A stretch of 64,000 bases of DNA from Cyanobacteria bacterium UBA6984 (GTDB taxonomy: Bacteria; Cyanobacteriota; Vampirovibrionia; Gastranaerophilales; Gastranaerophilaceae). The DNA lies in NCBI GenBank assembly GCA_002450015.1, contig DJYG01000037.1:3149-67148 (forward strand), in the 5' to 3' direction. Position 1 is the first letter of the stretch. Every line of letters begins with the position of its first letter. Shown here in pieces: positions 38,644 through 47,912 of the stretch. A program made the position numbers and the translations under genes. A model generated the notes under the pieces. It was not told the origin of the DNA. It saw only the letters and a list, made by a program, of their open reading frames with translations, and ran no database searches.

Positions 38644-41205
38644 ATGAAATTAGAAAAAATCCAAAATCTGCAAGTCGTATCAAGACCACAAATGCAAAAA
38701 ACAGCAGCTGTTAGACCAAATTTAAGATACGAGGCAGATACTGCTACGTTTACTCGTAAAGCTGAAGACAAAGCTATTTCAGTAAAACGTGAAGGTAATG
38801 CATTGCATGTTGCATTTACAGGTAAATTGCAAAACCCAATGGAAACAAAAGCAACAGAAGAAGCTCCTGCAATCCAATTCAGAGTTCGCGGGGTATCAAA
38901 ACACCAAGCAGGTACAGAAGGCGCAAGTGCAACTGCAGAAGATGATTCAGTGGTTCAATTAGCTCACAGCAATTGGAAAGAAGGCGACAGATTAAACTGC
39001 AAAGAAGTTAAAGGCAGACAAGGTAAAACATTAGCTTTAGTGCACCCTAAATTTGGTGAAGTTGGACAAGTTCCAAAAGAAATGGCAGAAGTTTTGATGC
39101 CTGTTATGAAGGGCAAAATGCAAGATTACAGATTTGAATTATCAAATGTAATTGCAGGTACTTCAAAAGGTGCTCCTACAATTGGTTTAAGAGCAACATT
39201 GAAATATGTTGGTAAAGATAAAAGAGAAGCTCAAAAGGCTACAGATGCATTTAACGGTTTATTAAACTCTGATGATCCGAAAATTTCAAAAGCTGTAATG
39301 GTTTACCAACCTGAAAAATCACCTCAACAAGTTTTAGAAAGAATTTTTGACGTTGAAGGTAAAGAAAATGGCTTAGGCAGAGTTAAAGAAATTAAAGATG
39401 CTATTACAAACATTTCTAACGAAATTAACAATCCTGAAAATAAAAGAATTTTGATTTTAGGTCACTGCAAACCTGACGGTGATACATTAGGTTCAGTTAT
39501 CGCAATGAAAACTGCAATTCAAGCAGCATATCCTGATAGAGAAATTGATTGTGCAGTAGATGATAAAATTCCTGGATTATTCCGTGACAAAATGCCTGGT
39601 ATTGAAGCTGTAAAACGTCCTTATAATCCGGAAAAAATAGAAACATTACAAAAGAATTTGGAAGTATTAAAATCAATTAATACTCCAACATCAAAAGAAC
39701 AACAAAAAGTTCTTGAAAGAGATTTAGCAGAATTAACAAATCCAGAAAACTTGTTTGATGCAAATCCTTTACAAGGAAAAGAAAAGAAACAATATGACCT
39801 TGTAATGACAATGGATATTCCTACACCAACAAGATTCTCAGGTGCATTCAAAGATTATATCGAAGGAAGTAAAAAACAAATTTATATCGACCACCACCCT
39901 CACAGAATTACTGAATGGCAAAATGCTCAAGGTGAAACAGGTTTAGATATGAACAAAATCCACAAAAACGGTTTAGCTCTTGTATGTGATGCTGTTCCTG
40001 CTGCGACTCAATTGGTTACAATCGTAGCTGAAAAAGCAGGTTTATTAGGTAAAATGTTTGAAAAAGGCGGCGAAGCTGCTAAGAACTTTGTTGCAAGTGT
40101 AATTACAGGTACTTCAACAGATACAGGTTCATTCACAAGAACAGCAAACTTGTTGCCTCACCACTCAGCATTGCCAGTTCAACAAAGACCAAACTTCTTC
40201 CCAGAAGGTATGTCAACATGGTTAACAAATAAATTGGCTGAAACTGACAGCTCAGTTGATAAAAAATGGTTACGTGAAAACATCGCTTATGATGTACCTG
40301 ATAAAGCATTAAGCTCAAACAGCGTTGATGGTAAAATGTCACCTCGTGATAAAATGTTAACTTACGCTTTAGATGGCAGAAAAATGTCACCTGAATTAGG
40401 TTTAGGTATCATCGAAGTTGATTATGACCAAATGTATGATGTATTTAATTCTTCACTACAACAAGATCCTGATATTACATTATTAGATGTTCAAAATGGT
40501 TTCAAATATTCAGAAGCTTTAGGCGCATTAAAATCTGACCCATCAGAAACATCTCAAAAATTAGCTCCTGGTCAAAAGGCAAGCACTTTGACTGAAAGAG
40601 CAACTGAAACTTATACAGGACCTTATGATGCTGATAGAATTGCAATCTTAGTTATCCAAGATAAGAAAGAAAACTTCATTACAGAAAACTCTGATGTTGC
40701 AAAACAAAACGGTTTGAGATTATCTTTCAGATCATCAGCAATGAGCAACCACGCAGAATTGTTAGCTAACTTATTTGGTGGCGGTGGTCACGGTGGTGCA
40801 TCAGGCGGTAGAGTTGATTTACCTGGTGTAACTGTTGATACTCCATTAGTAATCAAAGTTAACGGTAAAGTAGTTGATGATACAGCTTCTGTATATGCTG
40901 ATTTAACTAAAAACTACGAAATAATGAAAGATAACAATATTCCTGCTGAAAAACGTGCTGGTATGTGCAAAAAAATTGAAATTGCATTAGCTGGTGAAGG
41001 TGAAAAAGGCAGAACAACATCTGAAATTATCACAGACGTAGTTAAAGAAATTAGAAAAAACCAACCTGCAACTAACTCAACAAAAGAATCAGGTAAAGGT
41101 AACAAAACTCAAGGTCATCACGAAAACCACCAACAAACAGGTAAAGCCGGTGGTAAACACAAACCTCACAAAGGCGGAAAAAGACACTTTGAAGTAGCAG
41201 CATAG
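38644..41205 (+). CDS. large DHH/DHHA1-family phosphoesterase with about 270-aa N-terminal extension and His/Lys-rich tail
   Basis: [48 protein letters not shown]. Tail [25 protein letters not shown]. Confidence 0.75.
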   Translation: MKLEKIQNLQVVSRPQMQKTAAVRPNLRYEADTATFTRKAEDKAISVKREGNALHVAFTGKLQNPMETKATEEAPAIQFRVRGVSKHQAGTEGASATAEDDSVVQLAHSNWKEGDRLNCKEVKGRQGKTLALVHPKFGEVGQVPKEMAEVLMPVMKGKMQDYRFELSNVIAGTSKGAPTIGLRATLKYVGKDKREAQKATDAFNGLLNSDDPKISKAVMVYQPEKSPQQVLERIFDVEGKENGLGRVKEIKDAITNISNEINNPENKRILILGHCKPDGDTLGSVIAMKTAIQAAYPDREIDCAVDDKIPGLFRDKMPGIEAVKRPYNPEKIETLQKNLEVLKSINTPTSKEQQKVLERDLAELTNPENLFDANPLQGKEKKQYDLVMTMDIPTPTRFSGAFKDYIEGSKKQIYIDHHPHRITEWQNAQGETGLDMNKIHKNGLALVCDAVPAATQLVTIVAEKAGLLGKMFEKGGEAAKNFVASVITGTSTDTGSFTRTANLLPHHSALPVQQRPNFFPEGMSTWLTNKLAETDSSVDKKWLRENIAYDVPDKALSSNSVDGKMSPRDKMLTYALDGRKMSPELGLGIIEVDYDQMYDVFNSSLQQDPDITLLDVQNGFKYSEALGALKSDPSETSQKLAPGQKASTLTERATETYTGPYDADRIAILVIQDKKENFITENSDVAKQNGLRLSFRSSAMSNHAELLANLFGGGGHGGASGGRVDLPGVTVDTPLVIKVNGKVVDDTASVYADLTKNYEIMKDNNIPAEKRAGMCKKIEIALAGEGEKGRTTSEIITDVVKEIRKNQPATNSTKESGKGNKTQGHHENHQQTGKAGGKHKPHKGGKRHFEVAA

Positions 41206-41243
41206 TTTCAGAGAAGCAAATAAGGAAAATAAAGTGAACATAT

Positions 41244-41277
41244 AAATACCGATAACTTTAGTTATCGGTATTTTTTT
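41244..41277 (+). terminator. rho-independent terminator after the large DHH gene
   Basis: AAATACCGATAAC-TTTA-GTTATCGGTATTT followed by a T-run. Confidence 0.85.
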
Positions 41278-41311
41278 ATCGGATGATAATTAATTATTTC
41301 TAATTGTCTAA

Positions 41312-41340
41312 TTGACAAGGAAGCTTTTTGGGTTTATAAT
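41312..41340 (+). promoter_or_regulatory. consensus sigma-70-type promoter positioned for a leaderless trpR-like transcript
   Basis: TTGACA (41312..41317), 17-nt spacer, TATAAT (41335..41340). The ATG at 41347 lies 7 nt after the -10 and no Shine-Dalgarno is present. Confidence 0.7.
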
Positions 41341-41346
41341 GTTTCT

Positions 41347-41634
41347 ATGAATAGAAACAAACAGAGCGTAAATACTGAAATAGAAGATATATCTGCTGTA
41401 ATTAGAATGTTGGATAGTGAAGAAAATATTTGTAATTTTTTATTAGAAATATTAACCGAGGCTGAAGTTGAAACTTTGTCAAAACGATGGCGTATTATAA
41501 AACTGTTGGCTATGGGTAAAACACAGCGTGAAATAGCTCAAGATTTGAAAGTTAGTTTATGCAAAGTTACTCGTGGTTCTAAAATTTTAAAAAATAAAAA
41601 ATCAATAGTTACAAAGTTTTTGATAAAGGAGTAA
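41347..41634 (+). CDS. TrpR-related YerC/YecD-family DNA-binding protein
   Basis: [44 protein letters not shown]. Confidence 0.75.
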   Translation: MNRNKQSVNTEIEDISAVIRMLDSEENICNFLLEILTEAEVETLSKRWRIIKLLAMGKTQREIAQDLKVSLCKVTRGSKILKNKKSIVTKFLIKE

Positions 41635-41638
41635 TAAA

Positions 41639-42838
41639 ATGTCTAAAAATATATTAAAAATTGAAAAATTGCCGAATGAGCAAGGTTATTTTGGTAGTTT
41701 TGGAGGAAACTATTTGCCAGAAGGTTTAAAAAAAGAATTTAAAAAAATAGCAGAGGAATTTTTAAAGGCAAAAGATGATAATGATTTTAATAACGAATTA
41801 AATTATTTATTAAAATATTATGCAGGTCGTCCAAGTCCTGTATATTTTGCAAGAAATTTATCAAAAAAATATGGAGCAGAAATTTATATAAAAAGAGAAG
41901 ATTTGAACCATACAGGTGCTCATAAAATTAACCATTCTTTGGGTGAGGCTCTTTTAGCAAAGCGAATGGGTAAGAAAAAATTAATTGCAGAAACAGGTGC
42001 AGGACAACATGGAGTTGCTACCGCCACAGCAGCTGCGATTATGGGACTTGAATGTGATATTTATATGGGTGCAGTCGATGTTGCAAAGGAAAAACCAAAT
42101 GTTGACAGAATGAAAATTTTAGGTGCAAATATAATATCCGTTGAAAGTGGAACAAAAACTTTAAAAGAAGCTGTTGATGAAGCTATTATTGCATATTCTA
42201 AAGAGTATGAAACCGCTATGTATGCGATAGGTTCAGCTGTTGGACCACATCCGTTTCCTATGATTATTGAACATTTTCAATCTGTAATAGGTCGTGAAGC
42301 AAGAGAACAATTTTTAGAGCAAGCAGAAACATTGCCAAATCATGTTGTCGCTTGTGTTGGTGGAGGGTCAAATGCAATAGGTATTTTTAGCGGATTTTTA
42401 AATGATGATTGCGTAAATCTTTATGGGGTCGAACCTTTAGGAAAGGGTGTTAAATTAGGTGAAAATGCTGCAAGTATTACTTATGGTAAAGAAGGTATTT
42501 TGCACGGATTTAAATGCCTATTATTGCAAGATGAAAATGGAAATCCTGCTAATGCATATTCTGTTGCAAGCGGACTTGATTACCCCGGAGTTGGTCCAAA
42601 GCATTGTTATTTAAACGAAATTGGACGTGTGAAATATGATGTAATAAATGATAATGAAGCAATTGACGCATTTTATGAGTTATCTCGTCTTGAAGGAATA
42701 ATTCCTGCGTTAGAAAGTTCTCATGCTGTTGCTTATGCTCTTAAACTTGCAAAAGAAAAACAAGGTGAAAAAATTCTTGTAAATCTTTCAGGTCGTGGAG
42801 ATAAGGATATAGAATTTGTTATGTCTATAAAAAAATAG
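41639..42838 (+). CDS. trpB: tryptophan synthase beta chain
   Basis: [52 protein letters not shown]. Confidence 0.95.
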   Translation: MSKNILKIEKLPNEQGYFGSFGGNYLPEGLKKEFKKIAEEFLKAKDDNDFNNELNYLLKYYAGRPSPVYFARNLSKKYGAEIYIKREDLNHTGAHKINHSLGEALLAKRMGKKKLIAETGAGQHGVATATAAAIMGLECDIYMGAVDVAKEKPNVDRMKILGANIISVESGTKTLKEAVDEAIIAYSKEYETAMYAIGSAVGPHPFPMIIEHFQSVIGREAREQFLEQAETLPNHVVACVGGGSNAIGIFSGFLNDDCVNLYGVEPLGKGVKLGENAASITYGKEGILHGFKCLLLQDENGNPANAYSVASGLDYPGVGPKHCYLNEIGRVKYDVINDNEAIDAFYELSRLEGIIPALESSHAVAYALKLAKEKQGEKILVNLSGRGDKDIEFVMSIKK

Positions 42839-42852
42839 GATATAAATAAATA

Positions 42853-42886
42853 AAAAATGACTCTGTTAAAACAGAGTCATTTTTTA
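42853..42886. terminator. bidirectional terminator between trpB and the pilin-like gene
   Basis: AAAAATGACTCTGT-TAAA-ACAGAGTCATTTTTT. Confidence 0.8.
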
Positions 42887-43603
42887 TTTACAGGTGGTAT
42901 TAGTTGTCCAATTTAAAATAGTAGTTCCATTAGGACATTTTCCACTATTATCAATTTTTAAATAATCCATGTTATTGTTGTATATAACCCAAATGGTACA
43001 TACTGAAGCACTTGTAGTAACTCTACAGATATGAGGTGCAATACGTACATTATCATCAGGAAAAACACCAGTAGAATTTGCAGAAAAGAAAAATACATCA
43101 TAACCATGTGTAAATTTACCTTTTGAAGGTCCATCTATATCAACAGCAAAGATTATTGTGTTATTGATTTTTGCATTTTTTCCATCAACTATAAATGATG
43201 TACCATCTGCCAATATATATGTGTACATATTACTCTTTGCAAGTTTCCCAGAAGTGCCGCCAACAATTGTTTTCATATCAGCATTAGTTACACATCCTGC
43301 AGTTGTATTATTTGCACATGATTTTGAAATTTTCATAAATTCAGTTATTCTTTCTCCTGCTCTTTTTGAGTACATGAGTTCATTTGTATCAGAATTAAAC
43401 CATTCTTGCATAGGTCCGTAAACTGCTATTGCACGTCCGTACGCATCTTCTATATTTGAATATATTTTCTTAACTTTAGCAACTTTTTCTTTTTCACCAG
43501 TACTGCTGTTTAAGTTTGGTAATGTTAATGCTGCAACAACGCCGATTATGCCCATTACGATTAGTGTTTCTGCCAGTGTAAATGCTAATTCTCTTTTTAT
43601 CAT
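42884..43603 (-). CDS. prepilin-type N-terminal cleavage/methylation domain protein (pilin/pseudopilin-like)
   Basis: MIKRELA|FTLAETLIVMGIIGVVAALTLPNLNSSTGEKEK. C-terminal NNMDYLKIDNSGKCPNG...TTCK. Confidence 0.8.
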   Translation of the reverse strand: MIKRELAFTLAETLIVMGIIGVVAALTLPNLNSSTGEKEKVAKVKKIYSNIEDAYGRAIAVYGPMQEWFNSDTNELMYSKRAGERITEFMKISKSCANNTTAGCVTNADMKTIVGGTSGKLAKSNMYTYILADGTSFIVDGKNAKINNTIIFAVDIDGPSKGKFTHGYDVFFFSANSTGVFPDDNVRIAPHICRVTTSASVCTIWVIYNNNMDYLKIDNSGKCPNGTTILNWTTNTTCK

Positions 43604-43747
43604 TGGATACTCCTTCAGGACATGTTTGTGTATTTATTCCTTAGTATAAGACATCAATGTCCTATTGTCAATAATAAATTAGATATTTGTGTTGTTTATA
43701 ACTGGACAAAGATGTCTTATTATTTTACTGAAGGAGAATGTTGTTTA

Positions 43748-44095
43748 ATGCTGTTAGAAACTGATAAAAGTGTTATTGGCAAAAAGATAAGACAATTTCG
43801 TAAGCTTAAAAATTTAACCCAATTTGAACTTGCTGAAAAAGTCGGATTAAATGAAAAACAAATTTCTCGTATTGAAATGGGCTTAAACTATCCTACATAT
43901 ACTACTTTTGTTAAGTTAATAGATGTGTTAGACATTGATGTCGCAAATTTTATTGTTGATGAAAGTACAGAAATAAGTATGTATGAAAATAAAATTAATA
44001 ATTTTGTAAAAGTTAGTAATGAAGCAGAATTAAAGATGTATTATGAGGTTATGCAATCTATAAAAAATAATCTTAATAGTTTACACTCTATGTAG
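43748..44095 (+). CDS. XRE-family HTH transcriptional regulator
   Basis: IGKKIRQFRKLKNLTQFELAEKVGLNEKQISRIEMG. ATG 43748 is preferred, with GGAG 11 nt upstream. The track ORF starts at 43622. Confidence 0.75.
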   Translation: MLLETDKSVIGKKIRQFRKLKNLTQFELAEKVGLNEKQISRIEMGLNYPTYTTFVKLIDVLDIDVANFIVDESTEISMYENKINNFVKVSNEAELKMYYEVMQSIKNNLNSLHSM

Positions 44096-44133
44096 TAGGA
44101 TAAAAATAAACCTCATTTTTTTGATGTATTTTC

Positions 44134-44160
44134 AAAAGCCATGCAAGACATGGCTTTTTA
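44134..44160 (+). terminator. rho-independent terminator after the XRE gene
   Basis: AAAAGCCATG-CAAGA-CATGGCTTTTT. Confidence 0.75.
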
Positions 44161-44318
44161 GCTTTTATAAATCTTTTGGTCTATATCTTTTTATACACCC
44201 AAAAATACTGATTTTTAAATCTTTTTGATGATGTAAGCTCCTCCAAAAAGATGTAGTATAAACAGTGTAGAAAACAAAAAGAATTTATAGGGACATAAAA
44301 AAAGATTTGGGGGAACAA

Positions 44319-45041
44319 ATGAGACAATTCAAAAAACAAGCAAGAGTTATGTTAATTGACGACAATTATAGTCACCTTGCAGGTGTAAAAGAACTATTAA
44401 GTTTAGAAAGTTCTTTTGACATTGTTGCAGCTACAACAAGTGCAAACCAAGGTATAAGTTTAGTTAAAAAGCATAAACCTGATGTTGTTTTAATGGATAT
44501 GAATATGCCTGAAATGAATGGACTACAAGCTATTCAAGAAATTGAAGAATTAGGCTTAGAAACAAAAGTTTTGGCATTAAGTGCTTATGATGATGCTGAT
44601 TTAATTTTTAGAGCAATGAAATTAGGTGCAAAGGGATATGTGTTAAAAACAATGGCAGCTCCTCAATTAATAGGTGCAATTGAAGAAGTAGCTAACGGTA
44701 AAGTTTATATGCCTCCAATTTTAACTGCTCGTTTCTTCGATTATTTCCAAAAATCTTTCAAAGAAGAAAAAATTGCTCAACAAAAAGCACAAGATTCAAA
44801 TTATTTATCAGATTTAACTCCAAGAGAAGAAGAAGTTTTAGACTTATTAACTCAAGGTATTACATACAAAGGTGTTGCTCAACAATTGTTTATTTCAGAA
44901 ACAACTGTAAAAACTCACGTGAACAATATTTTCCAAAAATTGCAAGTAAGCGACAGAACACAAGCTGTTTTATATGCAATTAATCATGGTTTTACAAGCA
45001 AACGCCAAGCCAGAATGGGAAGTGCAGCAGCTGTTGTATAA
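44319..45041 (+). CDS. response regulator, REC + LuxR/NarL HTH
   Basis: VMLIDDNYSH, DVVLMDMNMPEMNG, LTPREEEVLDLLTQGITYKGVAQQLFISETTVKTHV. ATG 44319 lies behind a GGGGGA Shine-Dalgarno. Confidence 0.85.
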   Translation: MRQFKKQARVMLIDDNYSHLAGVKELLSLESSFDIVAATTSANQGISLVKKHKPDVVLMDMNMPEMNGLQAIQEIEELGLETKVLALSAYDDADLIFRAMKLGAKGYVLKTMAAPQLIGAIEEVANGKVYMPPILTARFFDYFQKSFKEEKIAQQKAQDSNYLSDLTPREEEVLDLLTQGITYKGVAQQLFISETTVKTHVNNIFQKLQVSDRTQAVLYAINHGFTSKRQARMGSAAAVV

Positions 45042-45074
45042 CAAGATTATAACTCCTTTCAAATTTATGAACAA

Positions 45075-45115
45075 GGTTAATCGTGTTATACAAAAATATG
45101 TGTAACACGATAACC
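45075..45115 (+). promoter_or_regulatory. long intercistronic stem-loop between the response regulator and histidine kinase genes
   Basis: GGTTAATCGTGTTATA / TGTAACACGATAACC: about 15 bp with one bulge and a 10-nt loop. No downstream U-tract. Confidence 0.4.
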
Positions 45116-45141
45116 ATTACTTTAGAAGATGTGTGTGGAAT

Positions 45142-46383
45142 ATGGCTAAATTTATAAAAGGTAAAAATAGATTAAAAGATTTAATTTATATACAAGAAAA
45201 TAAACCTTGCAGTGAAAATGCGATTGATGGCATGATTCGTTCTATGCTTGAGCCGTTATTTGAAAGTCCTGAAGAAAAAGGTGTAGTTTTATATCGTTTT
45301 AAAAATGAAAATAAATATTCAGGTCTTTTAAGAAGACTTGGTTATACAGCTGTTGATGTTTATAATTTTTCAGATGGTTCAGAAATCTTAAAAGAAAATA
45401 TATGGGAAGATACCCAATTTTTATATGTATTAACAGGCAGATACGGTGCAAGCTTTGTATATGATTTTGAAACAGAATCAGTAGAAAATTTTGCAGGTTA
45501 TTATCTGTTATATAACTCAGTTAATTTAAGAGATTCTTTCGAGATAATTGAAGAAAATTGCACACAAGATATTTCTGCATACAAAGAACAATATAAACCT
45601 GATAGACGTGATAACTTGTTAATGAATGCATCTATAAGAAAAGTAGTAGATTTAATGAGTGAAACAACTCAAGAAGCAATGATAGCTGATATTGAAAAAG
45701 ATGCATTGACTAAAAGCGATGATTTAGCAAAAAGATTAGAATTTATAAATTCCAAATCAAGATATGTTGTTCACGAAATCAGAAATCAACTTTCTATATG
45801 CGAATTATACGCAAATATTATAGAAAAACACTGTGAATTAAAAGATAACGTTGATTGTACAAATGCTGTTGATTGCATAAAAACAGCAGTGAAAATTGCG
45901 AATAGTGCGTTAATGGATTTGAAATCTTTAGATAATAAAGATTTGCAGGTTTATAATGTAGAAAATTTAATTGAAAAAGCAATACTTTTATCAAAAGTAT
46001 ATGCAAATGGCAAAAATATAGTCTTTAAGACTAATTTTGATGACAAAAACAGTTCTATTTTTGCTGATGAATCAAAATTTTTAGCAGCATTAGTAAACAT
46101 AATAAAAAACGCAATAGAGGCGATTGAAGATAGTGGTGAAGTTTCTGTTTCAACAAGTATAAAAGAAGATTTTATCTCAATAGTAGTATCTAACAACGGT
46201 GTAAAAATTCCACAAGAAGTTCAACAAAAAATCTTTTCTGACGGTTTTACAACAAAAACTTTTGGTAGTGGTATTGGCCTGTATGTATGCAGGCAAACAT
46301 TAGAAGAACAATTTGCAAGACTGGAGCTTATAAAGTCGGACGATGATTCGACAGAATTTGAAATTCTTGTAAGTATGGTATAA
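45142..46383 (+). CDS. cytoplasmic sensor histidine kinase with uncharacterised N-terminal domain
   Basis: H-box VVHEIRNQLSI, N-box IIKNAIEA, G-boxes SDGFTTK and GSGIGLYVCR. No TM helix seen. Confidence 0.8.
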   Translation: MAKFIKGKNRLKDLIYIQENKPCSENAIDGMIRSMLEPLFESPEEKGVVLYRFKNENKYSGLLRRLGYTAVDVYNFSDGSEILKENIWEDTQFLYVLTGRYGASFVYDFETESVENFAGYYLLYNSVNLRDSFEIIEENCTQDISAYKEQYKPDRRDNLLMNASIRKVVDLMSETTQEAMIADIEKDALTKSDDLAKRLEFINSKSRYVVHEIRNQLSICELYANIIEKHCELKDNVDCTNAVDCIKTAVKIANSALMDLKSLDNKDLQVYNVENLIEKAILLSKVYANGKNIVFKTNFDDKNSSIFADESKFLAALVNIIKNAIEAIEDSGEVSVSTSIKEDFISIVVSNNGVKIPQEVQQKIFSDGFTTKTFGSGIGLYVCRQTLEEQFARLELIKSDDDSTEFEILVSMV

Positions 46384-46393
46384 GGGTAAAAAA

Positions 46394-46891
46394 ATGGATA
46401 TTTTATCATCAAGAACATCAAATATAACACAATTGGCTATGGACGGCTTAATGGAGCGTCAAAGAGCAATCAGTGCAAATGTTGCAAACGTTGAAACTCC
46501 GGGGTATGTGAGAAAAGAAGTTGCTTTTGAATCTCAACTTTCAGAAATCATCGAAAAAGAGGATTTAAAAGATTACATAAAAGGGCAAAATAGTATTAAA
46601 CCAAAACCGATAACTTACGATGATTTTATGCAAATGCAAACAAATCAGGAATACAAACGTCCACTGACATTTCAGGAAAAAAGATATTTAATTTCGAATT
46701 CATACGGACAATATGACCCTCAAGTTATGGATGATGTATTTTCAGAAGGAACTCAAGACGGAAATAATGTGGAACTGGAGCGTGAAATGATGGATTTGAA
46801 TAAAAACGGTACGAGATTTGTTGTTTTATCAAATCTGGAGAAAAAATATTTTAGCGGACTGGCAGAAGTTATCAGAGATAACGTACAATAA
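46394..46891 (+). CDS. flgB: flagellar basal-body rod protein FlgB
   Basis: RQRAISANVANVETPGY. C-terminal MMDLNKNGTRF. Confidence 0.85.
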   Translation: MDILSSRTSNITQLAMDGLMERQRAISANVANVETPGYVRKEVAFESQLSEIIEKEDLKDYIKGQNSIKPKPITYDDFMQMQTNQEYKRPLTFQEKRYLISNSYGQYDPQVMDDVFSEGTQDGNNVELEREMMDLNKNGTRFVVLSNLEKKYFSGLAEVIRDNVQ

Positions 46892-46915
46892 AAATAAAAA
46901 GACAGGGTGGGGAAA

Positions 46916-47422
46916 ATGAGTCTTAATACATTTGATATAGCAGCTTCAGGAATGACTGCTCAAAGAATAAAAATGGATACGGTTGCAAGTAATATTGCTA
47001 ATGTTAATACAACACGTAATCCTGATGGAAGTAAGGGTGTTTATGTCAAAAAATCGGTTAATTTCAGAGCGATATATGAAGATGAGCTTTCAAGAGGTGC
47101 AAGAAATTTTGCTGCAAATTCAACCGATGCAAGATTTAATCCAATGTCAGGAAGATTTGAAATTAATACAGGTATAGCTCTAAATCAAGGTCTGGTATCG
47201 AATGGAGTTAGGGTAGAGTCTATTCAAGAAACAGATGAACCTACAAAATTAATATACGACCCAAATCACCCTGATGCAGATGCTGAAGGTTATGTTGAAC
47301 TTCCGAATATTAATATTGTTGAAGAAATGGTTGATATGGTGTCAGCTTCAAAAGCTTATGAGGCAAATTCAGTTGTTGCGGAAAACATTAAAACAATGAT
47401 TCAATCTGCAATGAATATTTAG
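46916..47422 (+). CDS. flgC: flagellar basal-body rod protein FlgC
   Basis: AASGMTAQRIKMDTVASNIANVNTT. C-terminal NIVEEMVDMVSASKAYEAN. ATG 46916 is preferred over the track GTG 46907. Confidence 0.9.
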   Translation: MSLNTFDIAASGMTAQRIKMDTVASNIANVNTTRNPDGSKGVYVKKSVNFRAIYEDELSRGARNFAANSTDARFNPMSGRFEINTGIALNQGLVSNGVRVESIQETDEPTKLIYDPNHPDADAEGYVELPNINIVEEMVDMVSASKAYEANSVVAENIKTMIQSAMNI

Positions 47423-47444
47423 TTAATAAGAAGGTGTGTGAAAA

Positions 47445-47876
47445 ATGCAATTTAATACAATAAATACAATGCAAGGATTTCAAACTCAGTTTAATCCAAT
47501 TCAAAATTATAATAATTTCTTAAAGGGAAATGCGTCTTTACAAGTTAATAACGATTTTCAGAACGATTTTGACAGAATGCTTCAGAATGAAATGAAAGCT
47601 GAAGAAGCTGCATCAAAAAGACCTGTTTATGATGCAGATAATGCAGCAGGTTTAATGAATTCAATAGAACGAGCATTTAGCAACGGTTTAAATGATGTCA
47701 ATGAAAAGAAAATGCAGTTAAATATGATGCAAGAGGCTTTTGCAAGAGGAGAAGATGTAAGCATTCATGATTTGATGATTGCAAGTGAAAAATCTGCATT
47801 AAGCATGCAAATGGCAATGCAAATTAGAAATAAAATGATTTCTGCATATACAGATTTGAAAAATATGAGTATATAA
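47445..47876 (+). CDS. fliE: flagellar hook-basal body complex protein FliE
   Basis: C-terminal block HDLMIASEKSALSMQMAMQIRNKMISAY. Position directly after flgB-flgC. Confidence 0.8.
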   Translation: MQFNTINTMQGFQTQFNPIQNYNNFLKGNASLQVNNDFQNDFDRMLQNEMKAEEAASKRPVYDADNAAGLMNSIERAFSNGLNDVNEKKMQLNMMQEAFARGEDVSIHDLMIASEKSALSMQMAMQIRNKMISAYTDLKNMSI

Positions 47877-47912
47877 AATTTTGTGATAAAATAATCTCGA
47901 AAAGAGGTATTT

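Noticed and set aside
44231-44264. Hairpin ATCTTTTTG-(16 nt)-CAAAAAGAT with a CTCC-containing loop upstream of the response regulator, considered as an sRNA or riboswitch
   Set aside because: The stem is almost pure A/T and the loop is large. It has no recognisable riboswitch core (no GEMM, T-box, glycine or purine signatures) and no terminator partner. The evidence is insufficient.
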